Positions 40,001-52,000 of a DNA stretch of 64,000 nt are shown here, one piece after another (position 1 is the first letter of the stretch; the number at the start of each line of letters is the position of its first letter). The notes below the pieces were generated by a model, which worked only from the letters and a program-made list of their open reading frames with translations, was not told the DNA's origin and searched no databases. The stretch covers positions 1-64,000 of the forward strand of contig NMRA01000092.1 in NCBI GenBank assembly GCA_002633005.1. Direction: 5' to 3'. The DNA comes from Phoronis australis (Eukaryota; Animalia; Phoronida). The position numbers and the translations under genes are program-made.

Positions 40001-43000
40001 TAGCTACGCTCTCTTTGTGTACTGAATCCATCAGTACCAGGTCGCCCCCTATCCATCCGCCGCTTTTCATCTCAGGGTTAATCGTGGACTTAGTTGTGCG
40101 CCAATGTAGAAAATTTCGGTGCTCCGGTGAGACTTAAACCCTGGTTGCACGAGCGACAGTCAAGCGTGTAAACCATTCGGCCAAGTGGCAATTGCTACTT
40201 GGCAGCTTAGGACGCTAGGGTGTTGCTGAGATCTAAAAGCCAGGGAGTGCACCTGTTCTGCGGAAGGGGGAGTGGTGTTGTGAAGCGTGACTTCCGGTTG
40301 TAATGACACGTACCGTCAGATAAAGCCACTCTAAGTCGCTTCAGTAAGACCCACCAATTCGCTCCACTGAGAAAATAATAACTTGAAACGTCGGTAATTG
40401 GTTGACCCGTCAAAGCGGATGTGACTGGACACTTTTACCTGACCTTGACATCTGCCAACACTATTCATGCTCGGTTGTATTTCAGTTTCAAAAATTCCCA
40501 ACGGCCATAGCATTATGCGGCGCGTCGTTATCATTGCACCTTTCCCTCAAACTAGCATTTTCCTGACCATGTCTGATGCCGCGTACTAACTCAGACATTC
40601 AAATAACACCTTCCTTATCCGTTATGGCAATTTAAAGAAACATAATTTGGTGAACATCGTTTTCTTATACCACTCTCCTGCTTTTGTCAGATGTTGACTA
40701 CAAAACAGTATGCTCGTGACGCACTTATATGCCATTTGCTTGACTTTTGAACATTTGGTAAATTGACATTTTTTGGGAAATGATGACAGCTTTGCCAAAG
40801 CAATAGTTCCTGAGAATTTCAGTTTGCTGGTAGTAAAGCACTTAATACTACTAACAAATTGCAGCCACTTCTGGTAATTTGCTGTGAAATTTGTGCAAAC
40901 TTGTGAAAAAAACAAATGGATTGATGAATCAGTGAAAACAGAGATGGGCCAACAGGTAGCGCTCAGCCGCTCAATTTCATGGTGCTCTAAGTTGTCACAT
41001 ATAATCACTCCACAAACGTAACTGCAGAGTAACAGACTAATGATATTCTTTCCAATCTGGTAATGGAATTAAATTAAAAAAGGAAGAAGAGAATTTTCAA
41101 TGTCATTTACTTTTTAGAGGATTTTTTACGTACTCTTTATCCAGATCATTCCAAACTTGTATATTTGTACACCTTTGCACCAAATGAATGCTACTGTAGC
41201 TCAACTCATGCCAAGGAAGGGCAGCAAAGTCTTCTCACTTGGCAACCAGATGGAGTTCAGCAGTAGTGGCAATCCATGAATACTGGCTGCTATTCTGCAC
41301 AAGAGCTTTTCTCGTTCTTTCTAGTACATGCCTTTTGTAATTTTGGCCAGATAGAACATATTTCACCTGTAGTTAAAAAATCTTCTATCAACTTGAGAAC
41401 TCTCTTGTAATGGTGTGTAAACCCATTTGTTCACAAATCTTGTTCTCGTTCGAGAGAGTGTGAATCCAGTTTGGAAAGCAGAGTCTGCTGGGAACCACAA
41501 GTGCTGTTTTGCACCATCTTGTACTTTGTCAGTAGATTGGTGCAGTCGCTGCTGTTGATAAGAGGCTTCTTTGTGGAATCTGATCTAAGGTCCTATTGTG
41601 TGGAGGAAATCAATCACCGCATTAGCGATGGCTTCGAGGCAATAAAACACTGGCTAAAATAAAACGATTGTCATGGACTAAATCTGTTCTGAATTTGTCA
41701 TAAAAAGTGGTTTGGACCATTTTAACCAGAGGAATGCTCCTTGAATCAATGTAGATAATTGGCGTGCACGACATGATGCCAGATAAAAGCACACGGGAAT
41801 GCTTAGTACTAGATTTATTTCCCGTACTAGCCTTGATTTAGAAACCATAGTCATCTGGAGATGAAACAAAGTGGGAGGTTTTTGTAAGAACGTGATTGTA
41901 GACTTTTATGTAATATTGTCTCAGCGGCATCATTCTAGGCCAACATCAACAGCAACAAAAGGACATAAAAACGTCAAGACGAGACGACCGAAACAGATGT
42001 GTATATTTACTACACCCTCCCCCTTCCCTAGTGGAAAGGAGATGAGGCCAATGCATTTGAATGTTAATCCAAATTATTTAAAATTTACAAAAATAATTAT
42101 AGACATTTTAGTACACGTTTTATCAAACGTGGGGGTCTATTGTACGGATCTCCTGGATCCATTTTCGTTGTTTATTAAATAGTTAAAACTGAGCTGAAAA
42201 CCTAGGGACCTGACTCTAGTGTCTAGTTGTGCGACTCAAACCCATGGCTTGGAGTAGAGGAAGCAGACAGTTATCTCACTTGGCCACATCGTCTGCTCAA
42301 AAAAAGATATGTTGACCATTAGATCAACAAACAGCTGCATTTTCTACCAATTACTCCTTCCCCAAGAAACTGGTGTACAATCATAGCATATATCCATCCA
42401 AGAATATTCACATTGAAAAAGTTTGAAGTAAGTAATAAATGTCTCACATCTACAAATGAGCATAGAAATAAGAACCAGGCACTAGTGTGCTATGAACTCC
42501 CTAGAACTTAGTGATGACCTGAAAAGAAATTTTATAACTATATATTAGAAAAAAAAACATTCAACAATTTTAAATCTATTCATGCTAACCATTAATAGGA
42601 TTGTTCACTGATATGAATGAATTGCTGTGAGCTGCTTTATGTTGCTTTCCCATGAACACAGCAATGAAGAGCTCTGGTCTAGTGCAGCTGCACTGCACTA
42701 ATTCCACTTAACCTTTCCCAGTGAATGGCCATCTCCGAGTTACCCGTAGTTCACTGATTTAAGCTCTACTGACTCCAGGTGGCGTATTTAAATCGTACCC
42801 TCGAATTCATGGATCCAAAATTAATGGACATCTGCCATTCATGATAAATAATGCCAAACTCATTATTGTTATGCTCTGTAAAATATAATTTCTGTTATTG
42901 TTATATACAACTCTTGAAAGCATGGCGGTATGCTCGGTGAGTCTCACTTTTTAATCCATCTATTTCGAGATGAGTTGCGATGGCTTATTAAGTCTGGGAT

Positions 43001-46000
43001 TTACGCTTTCCCATAGTGTGGAACTGCGCATAACAGAGGAGTGTCGGTGTTAGTGGAAAAGTGACTGGTGTTCTTGTGTTGCAGATTGGTGTTGATGATG
43101 AGGGGAGGCTCTCATTTCAGGACAAATACATTGATGGTGTGAAGCTGTTGGTAAGTGTACTTCTTGGAACTAGCACAAAACGGTACCATCTCGAGCATTA
43201 CTGAACTCTTCTGTTTCATGGAAATAGAACAACATTGTATGATTGGCCTAGATGTCTGGCACTGAGCTGGGACGATACAAACACTAAGCAACATATTGCT
43301 CGTTAACAAAATACCTGTACGATTATGGAGTCTGAAAACCAACACACCTGAGTGTGGAAGTCAATAATTGTTTTACAATATGATTTCATCCGTTAAGTAA
43401 TTCTTGGAAGGAATTTATGTTTGGTCTTTTGATTGTATGTCAATTGCTCAGTCATCTTGCAATTTTTAACCTAAAACGTTGCCTAGAGGTTTTAATAATG
43501 CTCAGAATGGACATTAGAGAACTCGAGAACCATTTGTGATGATTTTTGGAATAATTAACTTATGGTTGTATTATTATTACTATTACAGAATTATGTAAAA
43601 TTTCAAAATGAGTTACCTAGTTCTTATCACTTTGTTTTCCTGGCAATATTCTTGTGTTTAAATGCATTCTTTAAGATGGACAATTGTTGTAACAAAGAGT
43701 TTTTAAAATGCCTTACAGTAATTGGAAACCTTTTTCTATAGGAACTCACCGAGACTGACCTGTCATTGTATCCCAAGGTCAAGATAAAATATAGGAAGTA
43801 AGTACAAGAGATCAAACAGTACACTAGTCTTTGATTAGTTCCTGGTACTGTCTTGATCATTTCAACATGAACAAAAAGACATCTGTTGTCAGACATATTA
43901 CAGGCCTTGTAATGTAACATGAGCTTGCAACAAGAATCTGGTAATTTTTCACCAACACATTATATGGCTGACAAGTGAAATTCTATTTGGTTAAATTTCT
44001 CCACAGAAGTAAAGATTTGATTCACATTTTTTCACATTGCAAGCATGGATTGCAGTTTGTAGATGTTATAAAATAACATTAATTTGATAAAATTTGCATT
44101 GTTTTCAGAAAGAAATTAGCCTTTAAAATTTAAATTTAATTTAAATATGAGCACAGACCCAGAAATTGCTTTCGCAAGTTCTCATTTACTTCCATGCATA
44201 CATTCTGTAGTAAACCAAGCTCAGAAGAGCACGAGACGTCTTTGTGCAATGCTCGATTGTCAGCCTTTGAAAAATGGTAATGGACATTTTTGGCAATAAA
44301 TTACTTTAATTTGTCCTTTGAAAATAAGTGGAGAATTATGATAGGTTTGCATCGGGAGTCATGGTTACAAGGTACAGCTCTATGGTGCTTAAAACAGGGA
44401 ATTTAGGCAAGTAACAAAAACCCACGCCCTAAGACATAAATTACAGGGTTATTCCCCAGGGCCTGTGTCGTAGGCCTGTGTAATAGACTAGTGTCAAAGG
44501 CCAGTGTTGAAGGCCAGTGCCAATGGCATGTGTTCTCCATTAACTGCCCTATCTTCCTGTTTTGGTTGGTTCTGGTTCCTGGTTGGAAGGCACAAGCTCA
44601 TTTTATAATTTTATAACTTTGAATGTTCGTCTTGGTTGACTTCATGTTTCTTCATTTCTTTTTATTTCTTCCGATTTCTTCTGGATAAAGCTTTTTATGC
44701 ACCCACATATTTATATGTGGACACATTATGCCGTCATCTCCGTCCGGGTGGGGTCCGTCCAGAGTCCACTGCTCTGTCTCGAAAACCGTTTGACGTATGT
44801 TCATAAAATTTTGCACGTTTCCTATCATGGATGCGATGGTATGAGCGAACTTTCAGAGGGATCCGATTACCAGTGTGCCCCCCTAGTGGCAAATTTTAGT
44901 TTTTACGCTTACTTCGATATCTTCAAAGGTCTTCAGCGTATTTTCATAAAATTTGGCATGTTGGCAAGCCATCTATTTGTGCAATGACCCTATCCTCCTA
45001 TTTTCAGATAGATTCGACTTAATTTGCGCCACCTAGTGGCCATTTTAACTGTTTTCGAGTCAGTTTTTAGGCATCCACCCCTCTACCAACCAAACTGCTC
45101 TAAGGATGATTGTAGAAATTGGCATGTATTTTCTTACTATGAAGAGGACGGCTGACGATGGTTTTCGGATGATTTTGATGACTGTGGCGCCTCCTAGTGA
45201 CAGTTTTTTTTGCGCCTATGGCTGTATCTCCTTAACCCGTTTGCAGGATCTTTACTAAATTTAGTAAGTGCATTTATACAATGTTGACAAAGGACGATGA
45301 GGACTTTCGGATGGATTTGAATACTGGTGTGCCCCCTGGTGGCAATTTTATTTTTTTACGTTAACCTTTGTATCTTCAAAGGCCCTCTACGTATTTTCAA
45401 AAAATTTGACATACATGCTTTTGTTAGTGTGGTGACGCTATCTTTTCGTTTTCAGATGGATTCGACGTAAAATTTTGAATACTGTCATCTATTGGTGAGA
45501 TGACTCTATCCTTCCGTTTTGGTCAGAATCGAGGTATTTTGCGCCACCTATTGGCCATTTTTGGCGTATATATTCTCTGTGAAGAGGAATGTTGACGATG
45601 ACGACTTTGACTACTGTGGCGCCTCCTAGTGGTAGTTTTGTTTTGTTTTGCGCCCATAGCTGTATCTCCTAAACCCACTGTTGGATCTTTATTAAATTTA
45701 GTAAGTGTATTTATATGAAGCTGACAACAGACAATGACGACTTTCAGGCAGATCCAATGAACACTGTGCCCCTTAGTGGCAATTTCATTTTATTCCGTTT
45801 TCCTTTTTGTTTCACTGAAGTTCCATGACAGATTGAAATTTGGTGAATAGCTTTCTATTAAAGAAGCTATGACATGGTCCCATTTTTATGCACCCACATA
45901 TTTATATGTGGACGCATTATTGGATGGATTGTATGTTTTTGCGCCATATAGTGGCCATTTTTATGACCCAAATAAGCAACCCTAAAAGCACACTGTTTGT

Positions 46001-49000
46001 GGTGCATTCGTGGGCGCATTTCAACGCTCCGTGTTGCTTGTGTTGTGTTCAATTATAAAATCCTCACTCACAGAGGTGTTTTCCTAAGTTAGATTGTGAA
46101 ATTAAGAATAATTGAAGGTGGTGGACAACAATCAGTGTCGCACAAAATCTGGAACTGTTTTAGATGTGTCATTCTTTACTATCGAGGTCATGCTTGGAAA
46201 ACATGACGCACTCATAGCATGTAATGATCATCATTAAATAGAATTACGCAGTGGATATTGTATTCAACAAAAAATCTAGGACACTTTTATCATGGAAATA
46301 TTTTAAACTAATGTCGTATTTTTTGTTCTCATTAATCTTCCGAAAAAACAGGATGAAAAAGGCCGATATTTACTGGGATTACAGGGGACCATACTATCAT
46401 AGAAAAAAGTCTTAGTTGGCTAGCATGTTTTCTATTGAAATTGGCCACTGATTTATCCTATTCAAAACTATCCCAAAATGATTTTTTCGCCCCTAAAACC
46501 AATTGTGTCTCTTTAGCAACAAAACATAATTTTAATAACATTTTTGGTGGAAAAATGATGAACTGGAATACCGATTGTCTGCCGTGTTGTGTCCTGAACT
46601 GACAAGGTCACCTTGGTTTTCATTATCTGTAGTTAGTATTTTGGTTTGCATTGACAAACTTTGATGCACATGTTGAGTCTGTACCCAACCGACATCCTTT
46701 CCAAAATTCCTCAGTTTAAATGGAAAATGTCAGGTTCTATTGTTTTTGAAGTAGAGTGACACTTTATAAGGCAAATGTTTTCCTGCTATGCTAGTAGGAC
46801 TTGTAGATCGCATGTTTTCATTTGTACAAAATGTCTAATTAATAGATTTCAATCAACTGTTTTAGGCTTATTTTAAAGCATATAAAGGAACTGAATGCTG
46901 CGGTAGACAACGGTAACAAGAAGGAGAAGAAGAGCAGGTGAGAGGCCATTTTTGTACTTCAGCGCACCCTGTTGTTGGTGGTATTATGTGTGCATGTACA
47001 ACAGCAGTGTTCTCCACAATACCAATTCCAAACTCGACGCAAATTTCTGGAGTTCAATGTCAGTAGTCAACACGGTCTTTTCTTTAGTCTTAGGCTTAAC
47101 ATCTCCACTGGAGATATTTATGTTTGTTTCAAAATGTACACTGAACTGGTCAGGTGTGTCATACTTTTTGACACTTTGTAGGGCCTACTTACACGTGAAA
47201 ACCGCGAATCGTACTCGAAGTGCCCATTCACCTGATGACTGTCTCACGAATAAAAAAGTTCTTGTTAAAAGCACGCTGCCAAGAAGTGCGCGCTACATAC
47301 CTGTCACTTGTCATCGCAGCAATTTTCCATGAAACTACGGATAGCATACTGGCAAAAGTAAATATTGGCACTAATTTCTGAAAGTTTCTATTGCTGTAAA
47401 AACTGTTGCATTATTTTTAAGAGGGGTTGCCTTATCAATCACTTTTTAATGTAATCATAACTCGTGTTTTTAATATAAAATACCTGATAAAATGCCCCAC
47501 TGATAGTGGACACCTCCGCCCCGAATCTCCCGGAAAATACCTCAGACTGTCTCACATCCAGTCATCTGGTGACTCAATGACATTTGGCCTTAGGCCCTAC
47601 CCAGACGATTCTTGCATGTTTTAGTAGTAGATGTGATTAACAAGTGCTAAATAAAACGCGTTCTCATGATACAGCTTGATGTGTTATTTCTTTAGTTATA
47701 ATGCACTCCTAAATCGGCTATACATTGGGTTTACTCCGGAAAATGAACGCTGTTGACATGCATGCACTCGCTCACTCACACACGCAGACGATCTGCAAAA
47801 CAAAGGTCACGTGACAAGGACGTGTGTTCGTCCAGAGATTTCTCCCATGTTGCTGGGTACGATCTTGCGCAGATTTGAACCTATCTTGTTCTTAATACCG
47901 ACTCCATGGGAATTTGAAATCTTAGGGACGCTATTTGGAAACTTAAGTGAGGATTTCAGGTAATATATTGAGTCAAAATTATATTTTTATTTAAGGTGCC
48001 CTGTCGACGATTGCGAGGCAGTAGTGCATCGGCGAGTTTTCGCCCTGGGATTTCAGCACAATTTTCTGTAAAATGATCGTAATTTAACAATGAAGTTTGC
48101 TCATTCTACCAACCTAGCACGTGGCATGACTGTTGTGTGAAAAAAATGTATATTTGGTGCTTCATTGTTATGACAAAAAAAATGAAAAACATGTTCTTTA
48201 TTGCCTTTAAAATCTCAATATGTGTTTGATCAGACATGGCTGTTGGCTGCGCCCTACGCCACCTGTTGATGATTATGTCAAGCACCATGTTAGGCAACAA
48301 ATGTGCAAGATATTTTGCTTGTTATAAACACAAAGCTTTGGACTTACTGTAATGCTTTGCTCGTGTTTTGTAGGTTTTTTAATAAAACCAAAAAAGCGCC
48401 CAAGGCACTTCCAACCAGGTCTGCTGTTGGTAAGTGTTCATAATTAATCTGCTTTCAAATTAATAAATCGAGGCTGGTTCACGTTTTCACGCTGATCTGC
48501 ACTAAAGTGACTGTGTCCAATTTTGTATTAGTCTCCAGGTGCTCTGATTCATAAGTTAAATAAATGCTTACGACATTGAAAGTTGTCGAAGGTTTTTCTC
48601 TAGTTCCTTTACTGTTGATTTGAACTGCATAAGCCAGAAATTGTTAGTGTCAATGTTCTTTGCTTCATGTATGTGCTATCAGAGTTCAAGATAATTGTCA
48701 ACCTTTGTGAAGCCCTTTCACGGTTAACTTTTATCAAATAACTTTTTACTGTCCATTTTCCACCTTTTATCTGAATCTTCAGTAACTAAAACATCACGCA
48801 ATTGCTGGTATTCATGCAATGGCTATTTTGTGTGAAAATAGTTGTTTTTTTCTTTGATTTATTAATTTTGAAAATAACTAAGTTGCATGTTTGAGTTCTA
48901 TTCGTTATATTTACTGTCAATACGCATCGACTATTCGACTATGTCTCGCAGTTTTGGTTCACCCTTAGACGGCAGATATATCAGCCATCAAAATCTCTTT

Positions 49001-52000
49001 TGAAATATCGTTGCTTGTTGATGACCAATTTGTTCAAATGAAAATGAAAAATCCGAGAAATGTTTGATCAAAACAGACCAAAGGACCAAATCTATCAAGC
49101 AGTTCTCTTCTCTAACCTGATTTTTGTGCCATTTGAGTTTTCTTGTTATTTGTTGGTGCCTTGTTTTTTAAGTTTTTTTCTCGACTGCATTAATTGTATT
49201 CAACCTTCCAATGTCTGCGAAGTTTCACTGTTTTACAATGGGCTGCTTCTCTGACAGCAGAGAGTTGAATTAATTTGAAATAATTATCCATGGATGTATA
49301 TTATTTTTTAGACATGCCTCCTAAAACGAGGCCAGTGTAACAATGCATTTTCCTACTTTCATTGCAAAGCAGATTTCTATCAGAAACTGTCCTGTTGGAA
49401 TTGTCTGAAACATCTTAAATATTTTGCTCATTAATAATGCATTAGATGAAGTTTTACAAGTGAAAATAAATAAATTTTAAACAATACACTGATAACAAAT
49501 TGTTGAAAAAATTTCTTTTGTCACGTTTCTGAATGTTTAGTAAATTGGATTTTATTATAACTTACCTTGCCAGAATTCATCTCCAAATAGTCCATGTCGA
49601 ATGCGGCTGATGACATTTGTTAAGTTCAATATCAAATCTGTGAATTTTCAGGCAACCCTACGCATCATGGAGAAGACAGTGATAGTTCATTCGATGTAAG
49701 TTGTTAACCCCCTAAAAAACATTTTTTTTTTACTTTTATGCACCCATATATAGATCATGTGGGTTCATTGTGCCCTCATTACCGTCTGTCTACCCAGCAT
49801 ACTCTTCATGAGCGAATTTTTGGATGGATTTAACAACAGGCGTGTGCCCAAATGACAATTTTAGTTTTTACATTATTTGCCTGTGCATCTTTAGCCTTGG
49901 TACAAAGCTGTATACTAAATATACAGCTTTGCACAGATTTGGGTAAAAAGTGGTAAGATAAAATCTGACACAAAATTAGTGTTATTAAAAACTACAGTCT
50001 TCCTTGAGTAAACTAAATTATTCAATGGTGTTGCAGAAAACAGCGTTCTACCGTTGTTCTGCTGCTAAAGTTGTGGAGCCATCTTTAGCGACAGCTTTCG
50101 GCGCCATGAAATATCGTGTCACCTATTGGCCAGTTTCTTTTTTCACTGATTCTTCAATCAACTGTTCTTCTTTCACAAGGTTGCATACACGTCACAACAA
50201 ATCATTGGTGTTTTGTTGGAATTTGAAAACGTGAAAACGCGTGGTGACATCTTTTGGATGATTGGGTACAACTACTATTTAGTCCTGCAGTGGTACCGTA
50301 ATCGTTCGGGTTAACGCCCTGGGCGGTTAAATTGGCGAATCCAAAAAATCGGGGGAGGGCGGTTAACCGAGCAGTGGGCGGTTAAATAGAAAATCCACCT
50401 AAAGTAGGGGATGGGCGGTTAACCGAACATGGGCGCTTATTACGACAGACAACCGCCCTGGGCGGTTAATCTTACCTGGCGATCTAAATCCCGACACGAC
50501 AATCATACTCGGAACGCGTAGCCCTTTTCAAAGAGCTTTATCGTCACGTCGCCAAATGACTGTGAAAACGTCATAACAGCGGATGATCCCAACAAAGGTT
50601 CTCTTGCCCTCAGATTAGTCATTCACTATTAAATTTACAAAATTGCTGAGTAATAGCCCCGTGCCGTCCTGCGGTGCGCAGACGACCAGTCACCACGCAG
50701 CCTCCACTAGAATTAAAACTGTTTCAAGATGTGACCCTGCTTAAGTGCGCGCGTGCAAGCTTCACGTGTTGCAGAGGTCAGACATCAAATTTATGGTTAC
50801 AGTCTCGTACTATATGTAGCTGTCAAGTTCTGAGTCAGAGAGCAGTTTTAAAATTGGTTGTAATAAAAGTTTGAAAAACTTAACTCTGTTGTTTTTTGTG
50901 TTTGGGATGTTATAGTCGACACTCCGTGACTCAATGACATTTTCAGCGTATGGTTCTGCGGCTAGCTGTCTTATCTCGACAGCCCGGCATTGCTCTCTTG
51001 CCGTTGCGCCAAACATGCTATGCAAAGAAGTAAGACAAGGATCGGGGGTGGTCGAGCCAGTCGTCGATCAAGAATAAAATTTCAAGCAACTGCATAAATA
51101 TGTTACAAAATGTCAGAAAACAGCAATGTTTCAATTCATTATTCTAAACGATCACCTTACCAAACTTCGTGGTGGAAAAACATTTATTTTTCATGCAAGA
51201 TGTCCAGATTATCCTATTTATATCACTTGTAATATCGCACTGCGGCACTGTTCGGTCCCGCTGTTATCGCGCAATGTCTCAGTCGGCTGACAATCGTGAC
51301 TTGGAAATGCCGTCAAGTAATATAACGGCCTCTTTCAATATGCATCTCGTTTTTTATGGCCAAAGATAGTGGCGGTATTCAGCACGCACGTAGGGCCTAC
51401 GTGTGAGTCACCTGTCAATCACATGTTGGTGTCAAGGTAACATGCACTCCAAAGTGTGGGAACTTGCGCACGTGCACCACTACAAATCAGTCACACATAG
51501 CGACAGTCCGACGAAGTAACAAAAACGGGCGTGACTATGTACTTTTAAGCTGTTGTTACGAAAGACCCAGTTCTTTACGATATTCCTCCGTTGCCAATGT
51601 TCCCCAAAACTGCGATGTCAAGTCTATTCCCATATTTCCCGGCTCGATGCTCCCTAAGCCCATCCCTGTAACTAGCTGCGTGAATCTCCTACCCACTATC
51701 GTCAAGCAGTCTACGTCGTAGATATTTCAGACTCGAATGGTAAGAATTTTTGTTCAGGCTGAAAATGGCCAATGTATAAACAAAATTATTCTGGATGGCT
51801 AAAAAGGGGATGTGGAAACGATAATTCACACAGTCACGCTTACGTGGGGGCTGACGCAAGAAATAGTAAAGAACAGCCAGCGACATTAGTTAAATCTGCT
51901 AACCAGTTTGACTGAGATGCAATAAGCGAAAAACAAAATTTGACAAGCCGTTTTTTTATTACTTCAAGATCATACACAAACATACATTATTGCCAACGTT

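Noticed and set aside
41100-41660. Coding-looking minus-strand stretch
   Set aside because: Multiple stops and no recognisable motif.
44211-44276. Extra phase 2-2 exon of the SAM gene
   Set aside because: It is not needed, because 43797 joins 46866 in frame, and including it would interrupt the SAM fold. At most an unverified alternative exon.
47814-47959. Independent gene start (ATG ORF ending in AG|GTAATA, phase-compatible with exon 48374)
   Set aside because: It could be an alternative first exon of the SAM gene, but the peptide has no recognisable features and nothing else supports it.
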